Source: an uncultured delta proteobacterium (GTDB taxonomy: Bacteria; Myxococcota_A; Polyangia; Polyangiales; Houyiibacteriaceae). Taken from it: 64,000 nt of DNA. The first letter of the stretch is position 1. Each line of letters opens with the position of its first letter. The position numbers and the translations under genes are program-made. Shown here piece after piece: positions 9,806 to 18,091 of the stretch. The stretch spans positions 64,001 through 128,000 of the forward strand of contig CAVOVB010000005.1 of NCBI GenBank assembly GCA_963699755.1, written 5' to 3'. Below the pieces are notes generated by a model. That model ran no database searches. It had not been told where the DNA came from and was given only the letters and a program-made list of their open reading frames with translations.

Positions 9806-10339
9806 ATGAAGCTGGTTACGGCAGTCGTGTTCGCGCTCGCCCTCATGGTCGGCGCATCGACATTCAACCTTTCGGTCGCGGATGCTCAAGGCGCGAAGCA
9901 GGCCGAACGCGCGGCCCAAAAGGCGGACAAGAAGGCAGCGGACACCGAGAAGCAAGCCAAGAAGGCGGAGAACAAGGTCGAAAAGGCCGAGGACAAGGCC
10001 AAAGAGGTGAAGGACAAAGGAAAGTCCGATGCGGTAGCCCGCAAGCAGGCCGACAGGGTGGAAGCCGAAGCGCGCGCTTCGGAGGACAATGCACAGAAAG
10101 CCAAAGCCGAGGCGGCCAAGGCCGGGAGTAAGGCCAAAGCGGAAGCGGACAAGGCCGCACGCAAAGAGCGCCTACAGGAGCAAGAAGACAAGCGCCACGA
10201 AGCGCAGATGAAGCAGATCGAGGCACGCCGGCAGCGGATGGTCGAGGCCCATCAAAAACAAATCAAGAACATCGAGGCGGCCAAGGAGCGCGAGAAGGAG
10301 CGCCACAGGAAGCGTCTCGAGCAAATCGACGCGCAGTAA
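9806..10339 (+). CDS. Secreted Lys/Ala/Glu-rich coiled-coil protein
   Basis: AAGGAG RBS, signal peptide ending ADA, low-complexity charged helix. Confidence 0.75.
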   Translation: MKLVTAVVFALALMVGASTFNLSVADAQGAKQAERAAQKADKKAADTEKQAKKAENKVEKAEDKAKEVKDKGKSDAVARKQADRVEAEARASEDNAQKAKAEAAKAGSKAKAEADKAARKERLQEQEDKRHEAQMKQIEARRQRMVEAHQKQIKNIEAAKEREKERHRKRLEQIDAQ

Positions 10340-10515
10340 CATCGAGGCGGCCAAGGAGCGCGGATAGGGAAGATCTGACCGAGGTCGGCGCCCGGAAAGG
10401 TATGTTTGCAGTCGTCCAAGCGGTCACGCGATGCATGACGGAGCGGGTCGAAGCGGCCAGCGGAAAAACCTGACACGATCGTGAATGCAAACCCGATGGC
10501 CGACGATGACTCGAG

Positions 10516-12243
10516 CTACTCGAGTCGCAGGAATGGGCGACTGCACTCGTCGCCGACGTGCTCTTTCGAGAAGAACGTGGAGGTATTGAGGTTTGCGTTG
10601 GTCGGGTTGTCGTGTGCGACGAGGATCGTGATCTTCCCATCCGCGTCGCTCGCGATTCGCTCCGTGACGTAGTCGGTCAGGTCGAAGGCGTATCGGGTCC
10701 CGTCGTCATCGATTCCATTGCTGTCCTGATCATAGGCCCCTCCCAGCATGAAGTCGTATCCGGCGATCAACAGAGGGACGCCAGCGCTCTGATCGAACGG
10801 GATCAGCGAGGCGTTCAAGTTCCGCGGCGCGTTGTTCCACGTGATTTCGTCCTCGGCAAGCGAGTCCGGATCCCAATCGTCGTCATCGGTGATGCCGTAG
10901 AAGTTGAAAGGCTGGGGTCCCGACTGCTCTGGTGTCGGCCCAAGAACATGCCGCTCTAGCGTGAGAACGAGGGTCGCGCTCTGCACGTTCGCCGGGCGAT
11001 CGCTGAGATCAAACACCATGTAGATTTTGCGAGTGAACCCGAGGTTGGATGTCGACCGGCACAGAAGATTTGATTGGTTTCCGAAGTTCGTATTGGCCAG
11101 CATTCGATCCGGCTCCGGACCGGTGCCGGTAACGTAGGTGTCGGCGATGGGAAGTCGATCCGTGCCTTGAAGATCACAGGTCTCCGGTCCGGCGACGGCC
11201 TCGGTGGTGGTGTCGCAGGTAGCGCCGCCCGGACTGAAGTCGGCATTGAGGAGCTTCGCCCACGTGGTCTCGTAGTCGATCGGGTTTCCGCTGCCGTCCT
11301 GGCCGGTCACCTTGACGCACGCCGCCCCCCTGAACTCATTCGAGATGAAGGAGTTGTCTCCGGCGGGTGTGTTGCCGAACGGAATGCAGTACGGGAGGTT
11401 GATAATCGTGAAGCCCACCGTTGCGTCCCCGCTCGACATGTCCGCGCCGCCGGAAGTGGCGACCCCGCCCGTGATCGTGACGCTTGGCGGCGCTGAAACG
11501 TAGTCATTCAACGTGAAAATCTGATTGCCGTTGATTCGCGCGACTCCGACTGGTTCGAAGGCGCCGTCGATGGTGCCCGTGAGAATGGAAATCACCTGGC
11601 GAATCTTGAAGCAAGCAAACTCGATCGTTTGGGGACCGTTCGCGGTGCTTCTCGTGATGGTCAGGGTGTCGGTGCTGAGCTGGTCGCCAAACGAAAGGTC
11701 GACCAGGATCCCGTTGATGGACGCGAGCACTTTGAACGACCCCGTGATCGTGATGTCGCTGCCGGCGGTCAGGTTTACCGTGGCGATGCCTTCACTTGGG
11801 AACGCACCGATGATCGAAGGGGTCACCGCTTCGATCTCGATGGCGATCGTGCCATCGATCGCTTGACCCGATAAGACCGATCCCAAACAACCGGTGAAGG
11901 TGACGGTGGCCTGCTGCCCAACCGCGACCGTGTTGTAGCTCAGCCTGGCTCCGCCTCCGCCAGGGCACGTCAGGCTTATGTCTGCCTTCCTCGTCACGCC
12001 CAGGTTTCCGGGCGGCGGCGTTTCCGCCAACGTGCCAATGGCACTTCCCACGAGCCCGCCGAGCTCTGCCGCCACCGCAATGGCGATCGCATTGCCGCTC
12101 GACGCGGCTAGCGCGTTGTCGGCGTCGAAGCTGATCGGAACGCTCCCGCCCGTTCCGCCCGCCCCAGTCCCAGCATCCCCACCGCATCCGGCCCACGCAA
12201 CTGCGGCCACCAATGCGAAAGCCGCGCGACCAACTGCTTTCAT
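10516..12243 (-). CDS. Lipoprotein with C-terminal DNRLRE/CBM96-like domain
   Basis: GAGGAGG RBS; lipobox WAGC; ADTYV..TNFG..YMVFDL..SATLVL..EDEITWNNAP..FFSKE..RPFLRLE pattern. Confidence 0.75.
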   Translation of the reverse strand: MKAVGRAAFALVAAVAWAGCGGDAGTGAGGTGGSVPISFDADNALAASSGNAIAIAVAAELGGLVGSAIGTLAETPPPGNLGVTRKADISLTCPGGGGARLSYNTVAVGQQATVTFTGCLGSVLSGQAIDGTIAIEIEAVTPSIIGAFPSEGIATVNLTAGSDITITGSFKVLASINGILVDLSFGDQLSTDTLTITRSTANGPQTIEFACFKIRQVISILTGTIDGAFEPVGVARINGNQIFTLNDYVSAPPSVTITGGVATSGGADMSSGDATVGFTIINLPYCIPFGNTPAGDNSFISNEFRGAACVKVTGQDGSGNPIDYETTWAKLLNADFSPGGATCDTTTEAVAGPETCDLQGTDRLPIADTYVTGTGPEPDRMLANTNFGNQSNLLCRSTSNLGFTRKIYMVFDLSDRPANVQSATLVLTLERHVLGPTPEQSGPQPFNFYGITDDDDWDPDSLAEDEITWNNAPRNLNASLIPFDQSAGVPLLIAGYDFMLGGAYDQDSNGIDDDGTRYAFDLTDYVTERIASDADGKITILVAHDNPTNANLNTSTFFSKEHVGDECSRPFLRLE

Positions 12244-12804
12244 CGAATCCTCCTCTTCCGGACACCGATCTGGTTTTGGCCACCTGACCCGGATAGATTA
12301 CCCCAAAGCCCGGTCCTTGGAATAGCGATCGGAAGGCAAAAGGGATCCGGCCGACGTTGCGCTGAACGGGGCGAGGCCCGGGCGATTCCGCCCTCTTTTT
12401 TCGCGAGGAACGACTCACGCGGCCTGGTGCCCCGTCCGACTCGTACGAACCTTGCGACGATGAGCATCATCTGCTTGCCGCCACCACCTGAGCTCGGCCT
12501 GTAGTCGATGCCCCCTTCGACGGTGACGGCGAGCGCCGCGATGGCGATAGAGGAGTGACAACGGGACATCGGGCCTCCTTGGGCGAGGCCTTGGAAAATG
12601 CGTCACAAGAGCGACCCTTCACAACGCTGAAAGCGGCGGCCGTCGACGCCGTCTGCAACGTCGGGTTCCACGTCCATGCTGTCGGCATGGCGCTCCCGTG
12701 CTGTTGTTCCCTGTGCTTGGCTTCGCGTTCCTGCCGCTGTTCTTCGATGAGATTTCGTGGATCCCACCTGCGCTCTTCCGAGGTAGGGTGCGAGCGCCAC
12801 ACGC

Positions 12805-13224
12805 ATGACTGAACCCCGCAAGACCAGGAGCTATGCCCTGATCGGCGCTGCGGCGCTGCTGATTGGGCTTTGGCCGATCATGATCGCATTCGATATCGTG
12901 CATGCGCCGCCCGACAGCATTCATGCCCCTCGATGGGTGTTGGCGGCCGCCGGTGGCGTGTTCCTGTTGGGCGGCTGCATGGTCTTCCTGCAAGCGCACG
13001 AACGGCTCTTGGATCTGCTCGCTAGCGCGCTGCTATCGATATTCTGTGCGCTCGGTGTCTGGGCGTCCTTGTTCGCGCCGGCAGAGAGCTTCTCGGGCGG
13101 ACTGTTTTTCCTGTCGCATGAGATGAACGTGAAGATAGGTCGTGGCGTGTCTGGTTTCGGCGCCATGCTGACATTCGCCTGCGCACTCTATGCCTTCCGT
13201 CTGGCCGCCAGGGGTCGGCGCTGA
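12805..13224 (+). CDS. Small four-TM membrane protein
   Basis: Four hydrophobic segments, consistent codon usage. Confidence 0.65.
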   Translation: MTEPRKTRSYALIGAAALLIGLWPIMIAFDIVHAPPDSIHAPRWVLAAAGGVFLLGGCMVFLQAHERLLDLLASALLSIFCALGVWASLFAPAESFSGGLFFLSHEMNVKIGRGVSGFGAMLTFACALYAFRLAARGRR

Positions 13225-13414
13225 GCGGCGCCAACGCAGATGCCCCGAACGCCCGGAGCTCTGTCAACCCGCGGCCGGCACCCAGGCGCCTCCGGAATAT
13301 CGCAGGAAGGACTTGCCCTCGTCGACCCATGCGAACAGGTGAATCCATCGGTTTTCGACGAGCTCCGCGACACTCTGGTGTTTCGCGAGCACTCTGTCGA
13401 TTTGTTCCGTTGGA

Positions 13415-13518
13415 CTGATAGTCGATGTAAGCGCCCTTTCAGCTTCGCGCTCTACGCGACATCACATCTAGCTCCGCGCGATTCGGCTCTCAGCTTGATC
13501 CCGATGGGCTAAGAGGCC
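13415..13518. repeat. 104-bp dispersed non-coding repeat, copy 2 (at the left edge of the decayed IME)
   Basis: Ungapped match to 2801-2904. Confidence 0.85.
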
Positions 13519-13538
13519 GCGACGAGGCTGCCCTCCGC

Positions 13539-13880
13539 CTAGTTCACCGAGATGCCGAGCCCCTGGAATGCGGTCTGCTGCGGCAGAGATTCGTCGGTGA
13601 CCTGGACCGTGAAGCTCGAGCTTCCCGACGTCGTAGGCGTGCCGGAAACGATCCCCGCCTCGTCGAGCGCAAGGCCGGCCGGGAGGTCGCCGGAGGCAAG
13701 GCTCCAGGTGTAGGGCCGGATGCCGTCAGAAGCCTCGAGCGTCGCGGAGTAAGGCACACCTTCCGTCCCGCCGGGGAGCGAAATCGTGGTAACCGTCAGT
13801 GCTGGGAGGCCATCGTCGTCTCCGCAAGCAGCGGCCATTCGGCCCGCCGCGATCACGAAAAAGAAGCGATGCGATCTCAT
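13539..13880 (-). CDS. Small lipoprotein with putative Ig (He_PIG) domain
   Basis: AAGGAGAG RBS; AAACGDDD; LTVTTISLPGGTEGVPYSATLEA..PYTWSL..GDLPAGLAL..GIVSGTPT. Confidence 0.75.
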   Translation of the reverse strand: MRSHRFFFVIAAGRMAAACGDDDGLPALTVTTISLPGGTEGVPYSATLEASDGIRPYTWSLASGDLPAGLALDEAGIVSGTPTTSGSSSFTVQVTDESLPQQTAFQGLGISVN

Positions 13881-14086
13881 ACGTCTCTCCTTTGGATGGG
13901 TACCGGCTGGTCATCCTGCCTAGCCGCACGCCCCGAAGGAACCCATTGTCGGGGCTACCTCTGAAGCGGAACCAGCAAGAAGCGGCCCAGTCCGAGGGGC
14001 GCGGCTTGCCTTGTCCGATCCGCGTCCTGCCCGAGCCGCGCACGAAAACCACGAGGTCAGCGCTGCATTTCCTGCGTCCCTCCGCG

Positions 14087-15081
14087 TCAGGTTTGCGTAC
14101 ACAGGGCGTCTCCTCCCAACATCGCCTCGCGGAGCTCGTTGCGGTGAATGCGTGCGGCGCCGAGTGCATCCTGGTACTCGCGCCAAAGCCGGTCATCGAG
14201 CAGTCGTTCAAGCGGCCGTTTCTCGTAGGTCTTCACTTGGTCTGGGCCCGGGACGAAATCGCCGTATCGCTCGCAGAGCCGCTCCTTGGACCATCGGGGC
14301 CCCAACGCCGATGCTTTGCACACCAGATTGGGCCTGGTCGCGTCCATAATCGCTAGCCCGTTCCCGCGCCGCGCCATGCGGACTCCGAAACGCTTCAGCT
14401 CCTCATGGAGAGCCTCCACGACCCGATGCGGTCAAGCGACTTGGCTTCGCCGATGTTCCTCCGTGCCCAACGGGCGAAACCCACATCAAGGAGCCGCTTA
14501 GCCTCGAGCACCGTGTTCCTCCGTGCCCAACGGGCGAAACTCTCGATGCCCCGGTGCGCCTGGAAGTCGCGGGGCTGGTGGCTCCGGGAACGACCTACCG
14601 TCCGGTCCACCCTGCGGAGGCCAAGCTCCTCTTCGAGCGCGGTCGCAAGGGCCTGAAACGCACGGATGGCCTGGTACGGGTGATGGATCTTCAGCGTGTC
14701 CAGATGGATCTTGTTCACCGCCACATGAAGATGCTCGTGCTCCTGCTCGCTATGACGCGCCACGGTGTATTGGTGCTCTCCGAGCCCTGCCGCCCCCACT
14801 GCCCGGGAAACGACATCCTCGAGCTCCGCCGGCGTCAGGCGCCGGTCCTCTGCGTGAAACGAGATGACCAGGTGATGGGTCTTGTTGCCCTTGGCCCTCA
14901 CATTGCCTTGTTGAAGCAGTTCGCCTACCTCGACCGCAAGCTCGGCGTCCTCCTGTCGATACAGGCCCTCGAGGTTCCCGGCCGTGTACCGGGCCTTGTG
15001 CTCGGTCAGGGCCTTCTTGAGCAAGCCCCTGCACCGGTAGATAGTGAGCCGCGCTCCACGCTTGTCGAGGGCCGATCTCAC
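14087..15081 (-). pseudogene. TraI/MobA(P)-type relaxase, frameshifted (~14420) and truncated
   Basis: KTHHLVISF and HQYTVARHSEQEHEHLHVAVNKIH (HUH) motifs; the next frame continues LHEELKRFGV..RRGNGL..KASAL; 27-bp duplication at 14454-14480/14514-14540. Confidence 0.8.
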
Positions 15082-15509
15082 TCCGCGCGCGCGAATAAGC
15101 CGAAGGCGTTGCGCGCGTCAACCAGGTGCGGCAGCGCGAACGTCGAAGACGTCGCGCCCAGCGCCCCCAGCCTTGTTAGACAAGACTCCACCTTGCCTGA
15201 AAAACATGAGGACACAAAGCGGCAACGAGTGTCCAACGCCGACCAATATGGGCACATCTCGTCACAATGCGGCGGCCGCGGGCGAAGACTGTCCAAACCT
15301 GTCCTACTCGAACAGCATGGAACGAAGTTCGCCGAGCTTCGCCGGCAATCGACCAAGTTAGACAGAGTGCGTCAAACTAGAACGACAGGCTGCGACAGCG
15401 CACGCCAGAACGTCTGACGTGTTGGTGCGAAGAAACCGACGCGCCCGATTGCACCAAGAAAAGTGTTCCGTCCGTGCAACTTTTCAGGGGGCAAAACCGA
15501 TAACAGGGA

Positions 15510-15734
15510 ATGGCAGGTACGAGTCACAGCACGCATGTCGCCACCTGGCTGACTTACACGCAGGCGGCCACCTACACCGGTTGGTCGATCCCGCATCTAC
15601 GAACCCTCGTCTCGGGAGGCCAAATTCCGGTCTGCGGCCGGCCGCGCTTGCGCAGATTCCGTCGGGATATGTTGGACCTCTTCCTGACGAATCCGGACAT
15701 GGCGATGCGGAAGCTCCTCTCAGAAGGGAACTGA
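15510..15734 (+). CDS. Excisionase-like HTH_17 protein
   Basis: WLTYTQAATYTGWS..LRTLVSGGQIP..RRFRRDMLDLF, immediately upstream of the integrase. Confidence 0.8.
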   Translation: MAGTSHSTHVATWLTYTQAATYTGWSIPHLRTLVSGGQIPVCGRPRLRRFRRDMLDLFLTNPDMAMRKLLSEGN

Positions 15735-15738
15735 ATGC

Positions 15739-16811
15739 ATCGCCGTTAGAAGACTAGACAAGTCATGGCAATGCGACTTCACGATCGAAGGCCACGGACG
15801 CCGGCGCAAAGCTGGTTTGCAAACCAAGGCCGAAGCGCGGGAAGCCGAACGACGACAACGCGAAGAGCTCATCTCTGGGCAAAGCGCTTTCTCATGAAGG
15901 ACGCGTTCAGGATGTGCCTGTCCGCCACCACGATGAAGCCTGGCAGCCGAGACAACTGCACGCGCTTCTGGCGCGAGCTCGAGTCGCAGATCGGGCGCCT
16001 GTACATCGAGCAAGTCGACACCTCGGTGATCGACGAGCTCAAGGCAGGCTTGCCAACACACCTCGGACCGGAGTCGATCAACAACCGCCTCAAGATCGTG
16101 CGGGCGGTGCTCCGGTTCATGTGAAAACGAGGGCACTTGAAATCGGTGCCCTACGTGCCGATGGAGAGTGCACCGGAACCGGCCATCGACTGGTATGCGG
16201 AAGAGGAGCGAGACCGGCTGCTCCGAGGCATGTTCGACATGTTCCCCCAATGGTACGCGTTCTTCTACCTGACGACCCGGCTTGGTCTTCGCACGGGCGA
16301 AGTCTATGCGATCGCGCGAGATCGAATCCGGAACATTCCCCCGCAGCTCATCGTCTATCGGGCGGTGCAACGGGGCAACAAAGAACGGCCCGCCATGCTT
16401 GGGCCGCGCAAGAACAACAAGGTGCTGACCCTCGCCCTCACCGAGGACCTGGTCGACGCCATTCGTTGGCACATCCAGCAAGGGTACGCGGGCCCGGAGT
16501 TCCTGTTCAGCAAGGACGGGACCTTCCCCACGCGCATCTACTCCCACGCGAGGCCCTTGCGAATCGTGCAACGAGCCCTGGGCCTCCGGGAAATCGGCCA
16601 CCACCAGGTCGGCAGGCATTCGGTGGCCAGCCAAGCCGCGACCGGAGGTCACTCCATCAAGACGATTCAGGCGCAGCTCGGGCACAAGTCGGCCAAGAGC
16701 ACACATCAGTACGCCCACCTTGGGCAGCGGGCGCAGCTTCGAATCGTTAAGGCCCTGCGGCCTGCCTCACCGCCTCACGTCAACGTCAGGTCAACGAGCG
16801 AAAATCGGTAG
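15739..16811 (+). pseudogene. Tyrosine recombinase/phage integrase with frameshift (~15880) and in-frame TGA (16122)
   Basis: N-terminal RRKAGLQTKAEAREAE; catalytic GLRTGE, K, HQVGRH, LGH, HQY motifs. Confidence 0.85.
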
Positions 16812-16867
16812 CTGCCCCCGAATGCTGCAAGCACCGGGAATCACGCCCCAATCGCGGGCGCCCGATT

Positions 16868-16902
16868 AAGAAAGGGGCGACCCGGCACGGATCGCCCCTT
16901 TT
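16868..16902 (-). terminator. Intrinsic terminator closing the candidate ncRNA (possibly bidirectional)
   Basis: Minus strand AAAGGGGCGATCC-GTGCC-GGGTCGCCCCTTT followed by CTT; the stem has a U-G pair that forms only on the minus strand. Confidence 0.7.
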
Positions 16903-17449
16903 GGAAGCTCGCTAACCTCGCGACGAGAAACTCGTCGCTGGGCTTGGTGCATGCGTATACGTCGCACGCACCACGACCGACTTTGTCTGGACTTCGAGCG
17001 CGAGGCTCGATGGTGGGCCTATTAAGCCCTTCCTGCTTTGCGCGACACGTTTCGGCGCGATGCGTTCCCCGTCGGGAAGCCTGCTAACCCCCCGCATGAG
17101 CTGTTGGACTCACTGGAGGAGCTTTGACCGACACGTCCCGTGCGCTGACGTCGTACCTCTCGACACGAATGTTTCGAGATACCAAAGACTCGCATAGGTC
17201 GCCCTATGCTCTTCGTTTGGACAGAGTCCCAGCAACGGTTTGGGTTTAGCAAACCATCGTGATTGGACTCCGCGACGACTCTCGCCGTACCTGAACCCTT
17301 GGTTTTCGGCTATCCAAGGGCGCGTATGGGGAAGCGCTTCTGGCGGATCCGATGGCTCATGCCGCACTACGCCACCGCCGGAGCTTTCGCTCTCGGTGCG
17401 GGGCTGGTGCGCAGCATGTTCAGGCCGACGCGTGCAATCCAGAGTTTTG

Positions 17450-17461
17450 GTTTTCAAAGAT
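17450..17461 (-). promoter_or_regulatory. boxA-like antitermination motif 2
   Basis: ATCTTTGAAAAC, matching rrn boxA-type (GT/AT)TCTTTGAAAA. Confidence 0.55.
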
Positions 17462-17918
17462 GGGCACCCGAACCTCGTGAGATTACCGTCACCGGTTCCG
17501 AACCGGCTTGTAGACGGTGAGGCGACGGTGTCACCCCGTCGCGCTCGCTTTGGCGGGCCCTCGTTCCGCCGAAACGGACGAGCACCGAACCGCTGACGCG
17601 CCGTCACGACCATCGGTCAGCCCTAGTGCCAGGCACCTCCGACGGCTCGTCAAGAATCTTCGCGCCCACCCGATGGTGAAACCAAGCGGTGCCCCGATTC
17701 TAGCGCGCCTTCCACCGTTGCCCTTCGCGTCGCCAGCCATCGTCAAGCTCTCGCTCGACTCTAACCCACGCATCAGACCAACGGCTTTTGCAATACTCAC
17801 GACCCACGGACACGTTCGGCGTTCTCGACGCCTTCCGACTGCGCGACCTTTCGGCCTCGCCCCTCGCCCCGTGAGAGTGAGAAACAGCAACTTGCGTTGC
17901 TGTCGTCAGATGGGTTGA

Positions 17919-17928
17919 TTCAAAGAAC
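17919..17928 (-). promoter_or_regulatory. boxA-like antitermination motif 1
   Basis: GTTCTTTGAA at the 5' end of the structured region. Confidence 0.55.
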
Positions 17929-18001
17929 GTCCGAGCTCGCTGTCGCGATCTTCCGATCCCTCTTGTCACCGATCCGCCGGTCCAGATCAACGAAATTCGC
18001 C

Positions 18002-18059
18002 TGTGGAAAAGATGTTTCTTTTTCCACAAGCAAAGCGCATTGCGCCCAAATCATCCACA
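18002..18059. promoter_or_regulatory. Cluster of three DnaA-box-like 9-mers
   Basis: TGTGGAAAA (18002-18010) and TTTTCCACA (18020-18028) fit TTWTNCACA; TCATCCACA (18051-18059) has one mismatch. Confidence 0.5.
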
Positions 18060-18091
18060 GGAGGCCGCAGAATCAAAATAGCGTTTTGATT

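Larger units (their letters stand above)
13415..16867. mobile_element. Decayed integrative mobilisable element (relaxase + excisionase + tyrosine integrase); boundaries approximate
   Basis: Co-located MOBP relaxase relic, HTH excisionase and integrase pseudogene. Confidence 0.65.
16868..17930 (-). ncRNA. Candidate large (~1.05 kb, possibly two-part) highly structured non-coding RNA
   Basis: Many GNRA/UUCG hairpins and G-U wobbles specific to the minus strand, long-range helices, two boxA-like motifs, terminator, no credible ORF. Confidence 0.65.

Noticed and set aside
17110..17918. Short ORFs (60-167 aa) across the structured region
   Set aside because: Arg/Pro-rich, no RBS, no GC3 bias, no motifs
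16868..17930. rRNA, tmRNA, RNase P, SRP or group II intron identity for the structured region
   Set aside because: No AGAGTTTGATC or other rRNA conserved blocks, no tRNA-like TTCGA..CCA end, no GAGGAAAGTCC, no domain V motif seen by eye; an Rfam scan is still required
17945..18059. Replication origin (oriC)
   Set aside because: Only three boxes, no evident AT-rich unwinding element, no dnaA/dnaN nearby
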